Part shown: positions 23,521 through 35,586 of the stretch, piece by piece
Position numbering within the stretch: the stretch's first letter is position 1
Layout of the letters: each line of letters starts with the position of its first letter
Program-made: the position numbers and the translations under genes
The notes under the pieces: generated by a model
Databases searched by the model: none
What the model saw: the letters and a program-made list of their open reading frames with translations, nothing else
What the model was told of the DNA's origin: nothing
From: Conidiobolus incongruus B7586
Lineage: Eukaryota
Direction of reading: 5' to 3'
NCBI GenBank assembly: GCA_000697335.1
Contig: JNEM01009897.1
Location: forward strand, 1-35,586
Length of the DNA: 35,586 nt

Positions 23521-24840
23521 TAATCCGTAGATTGTGGCTATATCTTCAGTTTGGTTTTGAAAAATGGTCTCTTACTAGATTTTGGCAAGATCAATTATTT
23601 CAAATATTATGGGAATTGAAAAAAATAAACTTATATGATGATTATCATATTGAAAATTTAATGATAAAGCTTCTATAATATGAAATATTGCTATTCATGT
23701 CAATAGTGTTTCTTATATTTCAAAATTAGTTTGTTAATTTTAGCTGGAAGATAATAACTTGAACTGAAATCAATTTTTAATTATTATAAAATTTCAAATT
23801 ATTGACAATTATTTAAAATTATCTAAAATTTCTAAACTATTCAAATATTCTCATTTTGTTTATAATTTTTATAATTTTTTGTTTCAAAATAATTAAAATT
23901 TGGAATGTTATAATAAACTTAATGATATCATTTTAATTTATAAAAATGATATAATATAAATTTCATTCGATCATTGTCACCATATTATTAAATTTTAATA
24001 TACAGATAATTTTCGTGTAAATTTAATTAATCTACCGGAAACATGAGCAGCTCCTTATATATATATTTATAAAATATGATATTCAAATATTTATTCTATT
24101 AAATTATATATCTTTCAGATCAAATTCTGATACCAATTCATTATTCTGAAATTATTAACCATATAATATTTGATAAATATATCCAATTTACCCCCAACAA
24201 TCAAAAAAATATAAATGATTAAAGGAGTCACATGAATTGAAAAATTTCAATCTTGATGCTTTACCAATTATACTCTTCCTAGTAATAAACCAATATTTTA
24301 GGATAGTTTAAAGTTTATCAAATCGTCACAAACATATTACTAAAAATACATGGTATTATATTTTAAATTATTTGTATAATTTTATGGATTTATCTGTTTA
24401 AAGATTTTAACATTTGTATTTATTTTAAAATATACTTGACGAATTATGATCAAAAATATTATATAAATTCAAAAAGATATTGCAATTAATCATTATAAAT
24501 ATTGCATATAGTATTCAATCATAATAGTTATAAATAACGAATAAGATAGAAATAGTTGAAAAATGGTTATTATAATATTTAATAGTTTTCTAATACGCAA
24601 TGGCTATTTATATTATTCAATGATTAGTATCACAAAATGTTAAATTATTACTCAAGTCACTTATTCGTCATCAAATTTATTCTCATCAGATCGTAAATAA
24701 ATATTGTCCAATTGAATAACTATTAACCAATCATCACCCTTATTCTAGTAAATTCCAAAAAAAGTATCCAAAATGAATAAAAATCATACACTTTCATTTC
24801 AATATCTCTTTATTAATTATATTAATCTCAAATAGTAGAA

Positions 24841-26021
24841 ATGTCTGACAATAATCAATTAAATTTAACTATTAAATTATCTAATGACACTAGATATTCG
24901 GTAACAATCGATTCTACATCTAGTGTAAAACAACTTAAAGAAAAAATTGATGAAGAACATGCTATCTCAGCTGAAAGACAAATTTTAATCTATTCCGGTA
25001 AAGTTTTAAAGGATGAAGAAATTTTAAAGGAGGTTAAAATTACCACTGGCCAAACTATTCATCTTGTTAAATCTAAACCTTCCGGTAATTATTACTTTAT
25101 TCTTACTATTTACTGTGTTATTTAATTTGTTGAATACAGGTAATTCTTCAGCCTCTAAGCCCGCTGAAAAATCTGCTCCTTCGTCTGAATCTGTCACTTC
25201 TAACACTACCTCAAGTAATAATCATTTTGAAAATTCATTTGACTTTTATTTCTTATTTTAAAACTTAGCTACCACTCAATCTCAAACCCAAGCCCAATCT
25301 CAACCTCAGCCCAATTTATTTGGTGCCTTTGGTCCTAATCCTTTTGGACAAAGCGATAATGCTAATAATAGCAATCCTTTAGGTAAAATTAAATACTCAT
25401 AAATATTTTTTCAATAATCAACATGTATATATAGGTGGATTTAACCCTAGTCTCTTTGGAGATTTAGGTGCCAATCCTTTTGGCAACGCTGGTGGTATGG
25501 GAGGCGCTCCAAATTTACAGGGCATGCAGCAAATGATGAATAATCCAGAAATTATGAATATGATGACTTCTATGTTAGCCAACCCCGAAATGGCTCGTTT
25601 AGTTATTAACAGTAATCCTCAGCTTCAAGCTATGGGAGTCACACCTGAAATGCTCAGCAGTATGGTCACAAATCCTCTCTTCCAATCACTTATGGCCAAC
25701 CCTGAAATGGCTCGCTCTATGGCTCAATTCTCAGGCATGGGCAATCCCTTCGGTGCTAATCCTGGTGCCAATACTGGTGATAACCAAAATGCCAGCAACA
25801 CTGAAAACCGCTCCCAAAACCTTGCTCAACTCTTATCCCAAATGCCCCAACTTGGCTCTGCTGCCTCTCAACCCGTTTCTAATCCCGAAGAAAGATATCA
25901 GAACGAATTGGCTCAACTCAGAGAGATGGGATTTACCGATCCTGTTAAAAATGTAAGAGCACTTTTAGCATCTGGAGGTGATGTTAATTTGGCTATTGAA
26001 TATTTATTCAACCAACCCTAA
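24841..26021 (+). CDS. DSK2: Ubiquilin / Dsk2 UBL-STI1-UBA ubiquitin receptor, 4 exons
   Basis: N-terminal UBL (QILIYSGKVLKD...TIHLVK), Met/Asn/Pro-rich STI1 repeats, and C-terminal UBA (PEERYQNELAQLREMGF...NVRALLASGGDVNLAIEYLF). Introns at about 25085-25139, 25215-25269 and 25383-25434. Confidence 0.95.
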
Positions 26022-26099
26022 TTGAATTATACAATTGTATTATGAAACTCATATTAATTAACCCTTAATTTCAGTATAATCCGCTACAATATCTATTAT

Positions 26100-26720
26100 A
26101 CTCTATCAAATTTTTATAAAATTCAGATAATAGATAATATCTCTCAAGTCTTAGATTTCTTTCATCTTGATAAATTTTCGATCTCATTATTCCCCATATC
26201 TTGTTCAATTTTGTACAATATATCCATAAAATAATAGAATTTATAGCATTTGTTATTATATTTTTTCTTCATAGACTTTCAAACTAATTTAAATTAATTT
26301 ATTAAAATGGAATATAAATTTTACTAGATTTATATAACTTCTCTATTCTTTTAGTAATATCATTGTTTTAATTTGAGCAAACGCATTTTTTGATTTGAGC
26401 TAAATATTTGAGTTTAATTTTATAGACTTCCACTGCTAAAGCTATCAATTTTATTTTATATTTTACTTCCATTACTCATTCTCAACTCTTATATTTTTTG
26501 GCTTTTTTCAGCCACCAGCCATCATTTAATATTGCTTTTAAGTTATAACCATCTATAAACATATTTTCATTAATCAACCTTTTTGAATCTAATTGATATA
26601 TTATATTAATTATTGTAAATACAAATTCTCAATCGCACTTCCTAATATCCTTGATTGTGACAATTGAACAATTTATCAAGTTAACATAATTAATCAAATG
26701 AAATGAAAGATAGATAAAGT
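26100..26720 (-). mobile_element. Possible highly decayed Tc1/IS630-like transposase relic
   Basis: Weak collinear resemblance: LINENMFIDG (~FSDES.F), KNAFAQIKT..LLKE (~DNAPAH), and LV*KSMKKK...IENL (~IELVW..MK...I.NL). All catalytic residues are altered. Confidence 0.3.
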
Positions 26721-29700
26721 TTAATAATTCACTCTAATGCTATGTTTAATACTTCGATTATAATAAGAGACTTACATTTTAATTTTGAAATATAACGATT
26801 TATTGTTAATCCAATAATATCATAATACAATATGTATTATAGTTAATTATAAATTTATAATTTTATTTTATTTGTATACTTTAAGTTTCACTATTTTTGT
26901 CATTATTATAGTTAAACTTATCAATAAATTTTCAACTATAAAAAAAATCCAAATTACATTTTACAAATATTGTAAATTCTATATATTTTATTAATATGTT
27001 TTCAAATATACTATTATATTTAACTTTTTTTATTTCAAACTTGAATTGTTTTTTTGAATATTTAAGCAAATTAATTAGATGTTCAATATATTGATTAAAA
27101 TTAATATCTAATTAATATATTCTAGAGAGTGATGATATAATCAATTATTATACTTTAACATTAGAGTTTAAATAATTATTTTATAATTTATAACGAACAC
27201 TAAAATATATTTATTATTAATAGAAAAAAATCATCTAAAATGATGTTAAAATCTAATTTTTATTGTTTTATATAAATCAATAAATATTTATTATTATTAA
27301 ATTAATAATTAAAATTTCAGTATAGTTTAAGAGACGAATAGCCTTGAAATGAATTGCAATATAAGAAACATAAGGATAGAATTTTACCATATTATGATCT
27401 AATTTTATTTAGTAATAATTAATATTAATAAATCAATCAAACACTTCTAATATTTCAAATTGTAAAACTCAAAGTATAGTATTAATGACGAAGCGAAATA
27501 ATTACCAGGATATTTAAATCAATAAAAGTAATATGCATTAAAAATTGTTAATAATTAGATGGTTATAAACAATTATACATATAATATTTGAATTTTAAAA
27601 ATTAATAGACAATGTTTTGATTAGTACTTATCATAAATATTGTTTTTATATTGATATTTAAACATATTAATTAAATAAAAATTATGATTAGAAGAATATA
27701 GATAAGGTTTTTAAATCAATATAATGTTTATAATTATTAAAATCATTTAGATAGTATTTGTTAATAAAAATAATAATATGCATTGTTCTAGATGATAAAA
27801 CAGCATAATGTTTTAAATCAATGTCATATACATTTAACTTTTTTAACTAATAAATAAAATTATGAAAATTATTTTAATAATTCAAATCTGTTATATAGAA
27901 TTTTTTGGGTATCTAATATATTTTTAACTACATATATATAATTTAATAATATATATATTTCAATAAAATTTATTTTGGATAATAATTTAAAATATTTACC
28001 TTGATAATTATTGAAAATTTGATTTTGCAATGCTAGTTAAATTCATATATCAAATGATATATAGATATATATTTTATTAAAAGTAATCAAAATTTTAATA
28101 TATATAATGAGATTGAATATTATTTTTATATTTGTTTTAAGTATTATTATTTTGAACTAGTTTTATGAACATGTTAACAATTATTTTCATTTTTACACTC
28201 GTTATAATGAAGAATTATTTGATCTTTCATTTTGTTTTATAATAACTAGTGTTATGAATCGAATATTGAGATTTATTTCAGAAAATGAATATATATTTGT
28301 TAGAAAAATTAATATTTTAATATAAATGGCACGTCTACAGCTCTAAGCATTCAAGCTTGCTATATTTACCTAATATAAAAAATACTCCAGCAAATATAAA
28401 ACAATTAAACGTAATAATTTTAAAAAAAATAAAAGCATTTAAATATATTATATAAATTAGCTTAGCTTAAATTAAAATGGTAAACAAATATAATGATTCT
28501 ATTGATAATAGTATGTCAATTTTAATATAAATATATTGAAATTAAAACTTGTTTAAATATCTCAGATTTTATACATTACATATAATGATCTGATAATTGA
28601 ATTTATACAAAAAATTAAATTACTTGTTTTATTTGGAGGTAAGTTTTAATAATCAAGATAATCCACGTTTCAGTAGAATTTATAAGTTTCAAACTAATCA
28701 TCTCACATTATTCAAGAAATTTCTGTTAATGAATAATTAATTTTATTTCAAAGTTTTAATATTGGTCAATAGATTGAAATATATACATGGATTTCAAAAT
28801 ATACAATATTTACACTTGTGATATTCAAAAAATTCAAGCTTTACACCATGTTTAAAAATGATAAAACCATCACACTCATATATTTTATATCCTATAATAT
28901 TTATTAAACCTTACATGCCTTAATTTTTAACCAAATTTGTCTATTTCAAATTTTTAATTTTGGTTAGATAAATAATAGTGTGTGCTTGTACTTATTAAAC
29001 AAGATGCTGATATAATAATTGTCAAATAATATATTCTAGAACATAAATATACTTAATTTGACCAAATTTTATTTTGTTATGAACTCACCTGCTTTCAACA
29101 GGATGAAGTTTATTTCAACCCTTAAATGAATAATCTTATGGTAATTAATATTAGTTTGATATCTTGAGATATAGTTATAATAATTAATGTAATTAAATCA
29201 AATTTGAAATTTATGAATCATTTTTTCAAAAGTATGAAATATAAGAATAAGAATTTATCAATATTTAGAGAGGTATTAAGAATGATGTAAATGTAATAAT
29301 AATAATTTTATATTAAATTGATTTAAAATATGGACAATTTAATAGTGACCTATCCTTATGAAAAAGTAACTCATTGGTTAATTTTCAATTTAATTATCAT
29401 TTTCTTTTTTGCAAATATAATTATTGTAATATCGAGATTTTATTTTCGCAAATACTAGCATTAATTTTTCAAATTATTTCATTAGAATAATTTGAATATA
29501 TTAAACATTAAAGATATACTAATATGAAAACATCATTTTTGAATATTAGTGACATAGCTATATTTATTTATGTTATAAGAATTTTATTTCATAAAAATAT
29601 ATAGGTATAAATGATATGATTGTTTTTTAATAAAGTCGTAATTACAATTGATTAGTAACTGATTGAAATACAAGTTATGTAAGGTTAATTTTATCAAATT

Positions 29701-30972
29701 AAATACAGATTACGATGATTAAATATAAATAATACTGCACCAGGAATATTCTCATGTGAATATTTATTAAATTATACAAACATTCTTGACTTGGACTTTT
29801 TAAAAATAGATCATATTCCGCTAAGTTCAATCCATGTCTTTAAATCAATTTGGCGGTATCATAATTATTAAAATTTTCCTAGATTTATTTTTGCATTTGT
29901 TGGCAAAATTATTCAGCTCAATGGTGGATAATATAGTATATTAGTATTCAAATTAATAATGTTTTGGGTGATAGAGTATATTATGCTATTTTGAAGTCAA
30001 TCTAATATGATTGAATGCAAGAAAAGGTTAGTTGAATTAATATATGATAAGATGATTAGTTATTTTTATTTATATTAGGTATAATTGATCTGTTTCACTT
30101 TTATTTTATTGAGTCACAGTGATTAAATTTAATTATTAATAAAAATATTTTTATTGAGAGATAATTAGCAAATTAATAATTGATCATAAATTAATCATAA
30201 TTACTCAATAGAAGATTAACCTAATTTATCGAAATCGGTTAAGTTTAACTATAACTCTATTAGGATTAAATTGATTCAACTCAGATTTTGATATTTAATC
30301 GATATATTCAATTTAAGAATGTGATAGATTTCCATTTTTATTAATTATTTCTTTTCAACCTTATGTGAATATATAAGATATTGAGTTTAAGGAATTTAAT
30401 AAACTAAATGAATAAAATATTGTTGCATAGAATTATGTGCTTAAATCATCTGATTTAGTAGTTAGAAAATTTCCTATTTCTATAAATACCACTCATATGA
30501 TTTAATTTCAGTTCAATCTGATTAATCCAAATATTGAAGAGTATATAAACCTGATCATTTACCAATTCCCAGTTAAATTATCTCATATTCACTGTGTATG
30601 CCAAGCACATCAACTATTCAATATTTACAATACTAGTTATCTTTTCAAATACTAGCTGTAATTAATTAAGCCCAATTATAATTCCCTATCTTTCTATTGA
30701 GTACAAACAATATTAACAGTAAGACAGCTTTTTAATTTTTGTTCATTCGGATGAAACTATTTATTACCTCAAAATCAGCTTGCTATTTTCAAACTTGGTT
30801 TTATTCCTAATTCTGATAGAGTTTCCCTTTTAATATTCTTGTTTAATCTGCCTTTAATTATCATTGTATTTGCCTGAATTTCACTATCCATCATTTCTCA
30901 ATTCTTTAACATTATAATTAATTTATATATAAATACTTCAGAAGACTTATTATTCTGTATTTTAACTAGATT

Positions 30973-33915
30973 ATGTGCTTTTGCGGAATGGCGCTTTTTC
31001 CATCGAAACACGCTACTTTAATCAATAACTGTTACCCAAGTCAACCTGGGGACTTTATTCCTAAATCTAATGAACTATCTTACTTACAATTTTATGCCAA
31101 TTCAAGACCCGAAAAACTTACTAAAGTAGGTGTATTCTTAGAGAAAAAAATTGTCTCTGACTTATGGAAAAAGCGAAATGAGTAAGCTTTAATATAATTT
31201 TATAATAATAATTTAACACATACACATTTTAACTATATAGTCATGTTCATGTGTCTTTATCTATTTGGAAATCACTCATCACTACCAATCCTTCTCAAAT
31301 CAATTTATTCGCTGACCCCTTTTTAAAATCTATTTATAACATTATATCTTCTAATGACTTATCTTTATTACCTGTTGCAACCGTAACGGTAAATTTATAT
31401 ACTAATTCTTTTTTAACTATTTCTTTTTGTCTAATTATTCATTTTCTTATTTAGTTAAATGCTTTTTACCAAGTTAAAGGCAAACATGTGATTAATTCAG
31501 ACCCTGAGATAGCTGATTGTAATTTAAAAATACTCAACTTTTACTCGGATTATGCTTCAAGTGAAAATCACGACACTTCTTCTAAATTAGCTCAACGGTA
31601 TTATGGCATTTGGGGACTTTTAGGTATTTCCCAATCTGAAGAATCACTTTCTTCAGATAGTCAAGTTTATTTAGAACGTATTGTTCCTTCTATTTTGAAA
31701 AACGCTACTAAACCCATATTAGAAGCTGAAAAACTTGAAGAAAAAATGATTATTCCTGAAGACTTAAATCCTCCTACTAATATTTCTCCAGATGATATTA
31801 ATCGCTTGGCTTGCTATGGACTTAATCAGCTTCTGAGTAGTGGATCCGTCATTCATGTAAAAACTGTGATGGAGCTCATACTCAAATATTTAGATAGTGA
31901 AAATGTTTGGGGCCATGAGAAGCATGTTACAGATCTTTTGCAATTGACATCCAATTCTGTCCAGCACCAATTTGGTTACATTCCAGTTGCTACAGTATTA
32001 AGACATTTTGAAATGAATCATCCTCAGCATAATAGTGGAAACTCAAAGCAGGAAGAAAATCTCCACAACTCCATTCATATTCTAAAAACTAAAACACTAA
32101 TTACTGCCCTTGCCTCACTCTTATCAAACAGAAAAAGTTATGTCGGCATTTCTATTTTGGAAATTTTGAATACCTTAATTATCCAGTTGTTGATCCAAGA
32201 GAAAGTGATACATGATGTTGAAAACCAGAAAGTATCCTCTGAGAAATGCAGTCTTAAAGATTTGAAGAGTTTACAAACTAGAACCATTGGTTCCATTTCG
32301 AGCTTGGGAACTCATATATATTATAGTGATCAGATCATTGATATTTTGAGCTTTTTAACTAACAAACTTAAGATTAATTCCAGCGTTCCCCATACGAATG
32401 ACAATGAAATTGACCACAATCGTATTGTAATCCTAAAAACAATGACTGAGATCATCAGACAGTTTCATGCCCACTATCCTCAAATAGATCCTCCTCCAAA
32501 ATGCAACCTCTCCCTCTCCATCCTCAACCCCCTCTTTACTCTCTTTACATGCAATGACCCTCTTACTAAGTTCCATCTCAAAGAATTTCTCGTTGAGCTC
32601 ACAAACAATTTAAGTTTCTATTCCCGCATGGGTACAATTCATGACATTGAGTTTGTCAATTCTCTCAATCAAAATGTGTATCAGTACATCCGAAGCATCC
32701 AACCTTCCAATTGGATTGACTTGTTGATTATTTTCCAAATACTTGACGTTATGTATCCTGCTTTCGGAGATCATGGATTATTTTCAGTGATTCCTCTTCT
32801 ATTCAAAATTCAGGTATTTCACTCTAATTGACTCAATATTATGTTCCTAATCTTGTTATAGGATATGAATCCTGATATCGAAGATGTACTTTTATATAAG
32901 CACACTTTACTCCACAATCTAGTTAATCTTCACTTTGACAATATTGGAACTAAATTGAACAATAATGAATTGAAAGAATATTGCAAAACAGTTCAATCTT
33001 TAAAACAATCTCATCATCAATGGATTCCCAATCTTTCCGGACTAATGACTGACCCCAATCTTGAGCAAAAATGGGATTTACCCCTGGAACACGCAATTGC
33101 ACTTGAAAGAGGTCAGATTGAAAAAGGTGAAGCTTTGAACTTGGTGAGAGGTAGTCATTTATTAGATCGCCAAAAAGTTATTTCAATCTTATTGAATGAC
33201 ATTACACTTAAACCCAATATTACCAAAGAAGTGAAACTGAAACTCTGCCAAGAATATAACCCAGAAAAGGCTCAACTTGGTAAGGCATATTCATATATTC
33301 ATATTCATATTCATCTTATCTTACGATTTTATTTAATAGAATTCCAACAAAGCAAATACAGGATCAGATCTTCTACAACTTTTAGAACTAAATCTAAACC
33401 CTCTTCACCGGTAATTTCTTTTATTTACTTTCTCCAAGCTTAAAATTAATCATTTTTTTTAAACTAATAGAAAAGTCCAGCCGGGGTTCCTAGTATAAAT
33501 GTTGAACTAGTCAAGGTTCTTAAAGTTGAAAGTTTGAAAGAAGCATTAAGTATGTTTTATTAACTCTATAATTTAACATTTATTTTTACAAAGTTGACAT
33601 TTAGATCCACTTTATATTACTGAAGGAAGCAGTGATATGGATTCTGATTCAGATATTCAAGCAACTTCTCTTTATAACTCCAGAAGGGTAATTTATGTCA
33701 ACTTTTCTTATTGTTTGATAATTAATTATTTTTAGTCTCCGAGAGAAAATTCAAGAGCAGACGTTAACAGTCTTTTGAAAACAATCAATGGATCTCAAAC
33801 CACTGGAAGGTAAAATTCAATTTAGATATTATATATTTTACAACATATCTAACTATTATTTAGGAGAAGTAATATTTCTCTTGTCAATGGACCAAACTTT
33901 CCATATAATCATTAA
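30973..33915 (+). CDS. EFR3: Efr3 plasma-membrane PI4-kinase adaptor, multi-exon
   Basis: N-terminal MCFCG Cys motif, then KHATLINNCYP...PKSNELSYLQFYANSRPEKLTKVGVFLEKK. Later LGTHIYYSDQIIDIL, LKVESLKEAL and RADVNSLLKTI. Last exon ends TAA at 33913-33915. Confidence 0.92.
33287..33315 (+). repeat. (ATATTC)n microsatellite in an EFR3 intron
   Basis: ATATTCATATATTCATATTCATATTCATC lies just after the donor GTAAGG at 33280. Confidence 0.6.
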
Positions 33916-35586
33916 GGTACTATTTAATTCAACACCTACCATTCGTCCTTCGTTCGTTTCCTTCTCTATATTCAATTCCATCATCATTACACATTCCACC
34001 ATTGATTCCTAATGTTTTATTATTGATTTAATCAGTTTATTACATAACCATCAATACTAACTAAAGAATACACTTTATTAAAATATAATACAAATCAATT
34101 TAAATTATCAGTTACAAAACAATTTCCAATATTTACGAATAATCGATCAGAAAATAGCTTATTCCTAATTTAGGATCTTTTGATCACATTATTTTGTAAA
34201 TATTTGGAATCACCATTATTACATGAGAATATTTTTATCAAATTATCCAACAAAATTCACATTTAATATGTTTTATAATCTCTATGAATATGAAACCAAA
34301 ATCGTCAATATTGATTTATGAAATTACTTTGAAATAGTCAGATTATATAAATATTTTGTCAATTATCTAATTTAAACAAACTAAACAATTAGTCTTAATA
34401 GAATTTTTTTTTGAATTTCAATGATAATTTAAATAGAATTATTAATTTGATCTAATTAGCCTTAAAAGATTGCTGTTCAAATACAAAATTGATATGTTAT
34501 TTATGATTCATAAGATATTAATTCTATTTAATCAGATATAATTTTTTAAATATATAACTATTGACTCTAATTAACTATTCAGCTTCAAAATAATAGAATT
34601 TCATTTGAATTTGAAATTTTAAAGTAAATTACTTTTACCAAAGCTTTATATTGAATTCAATTCTTAATTAGCAATGAATAGTATTAGTTATGATAATACA
34701 ATAAATGATAAAGATAAAATATAGCCAAGTTTGGCATTAATTACTCTATCTAAAATTACATATTAATATTTTTATTAATAATAAATGATTCCCTCTCAAT
34801 CAATTCAATTATACTTATATTTTAACAAGATCTCAAAATATTAAATAATGAAATTAAATATCCTTATTTAATATGGATGGTTATTCAAATAATAACATGA
34901 ATTATAAGATATCAAATTAATATAATAGAATATATGTTGATAATAAGTTGTGTCTCAATATCAAGGATTAGGTAAAAAATTGAATATTATATCTTTTAGA
35001 TATATCAAGAAATAGGGATAAGTACCAATAAAGTGGATTACTTATAAATCATAAATATCCATAATATCTCTAACCAAGAATTACAAAAATTTGATATTAT
35101 CTTGGTTCTAACTTAATCACTAGTTGATAAGTAATGATTTAAAGATTCAAGTGATTAATGGATTTATATTGGAAAAAGATGTCTTTATAATGTTTATAAT
35201 TAAAGTTATATATCCATGGTAATTTATAAATTATGACTCACTCTCTAAAAGATTAAAATTCATCAGTATCAAGATAACAACTATAGATGACTAGTGAGGC
35301 TTTATTATATATAAATAAATCAAAAATGATGTTAATATCTAATGTCATTATAGAAATAACTTAACTATCAAAATATTTGTTGGTAATATATATTTTTTAA
35401 AAAACTCAATCTAAATATATATTATATTAATTATTATTTTATGAAAAATTTTCAAAAATATATATTTAAAATATGTTAAATTATACTTTAAAGATTTTGT
35501 TTAAATATTTTCATAAGAAATTATATCTAATATTTTAAATAATTATTAATAAAATCAAAAATAAATTTTGAATATAATATTTTAAA

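Noticed and set aside
3687..25956. Antisense or alternate-frame ORFs overlapping real genes (e.g. 3687-3911, 6360-6596, 8876-9196, 14550-14744, 14877-15158, 17734-17916, 19226-19604, 25753-25956)
   Set aside because: Shadow ORFs of coding or tRNA sequence with no recognisable motifs.
30247..30266. TAACTATAACTCTATTAGGA resembling the LSU rRNA homing-endonuclease target region
   Set aside because: Short, mismatched and AT-rich, with no flanking rRNA similarity.
34000..35586. Possible coding relic around 34950-35300
   Set aside because: Translation gave stop-rich frames with no motif I could recognise.

Overview
Very AT-rich eukaryotic nuclear DNA with short (~45-120 nt) GT-AG introns. Gene content suggests a fungus, plausibly an early-diverging lineage (inference only). 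Apparently intact genes: complex I 49-kDa subunit (truncated by the window edge), a double-PHD chromatin protein, 3-hydroxybutyryl-CoA dehydrogenase, an intronless secreted GH16 glucanase, a scramblase, a Nup85-like nucleoporin, Dsk2/ubiquilin, Efr3 and two tRNA-Ser genes. Manual translation of the apparently intergenic DNA reveals decayed elements that the ORF track misses or fragments. These are full-length pseudogenes of a Met8-Met1 (CysG-type) siroheme synthase, of the initiator-tRNA phosphoribosyl transferase Rit1 and of the WLM metalloprotease Wss1, plus a dead tRNA-Asp. A full-length mariner transposase relic carries a 335-bp solo LTR inserted in its catalytic domain. The most notable signal is this interleaving of intact and dead housekeeping genes at different stages of decay. 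No novel multi-gene system could be supported. All identifications come from recalled motifs; no database search was run.
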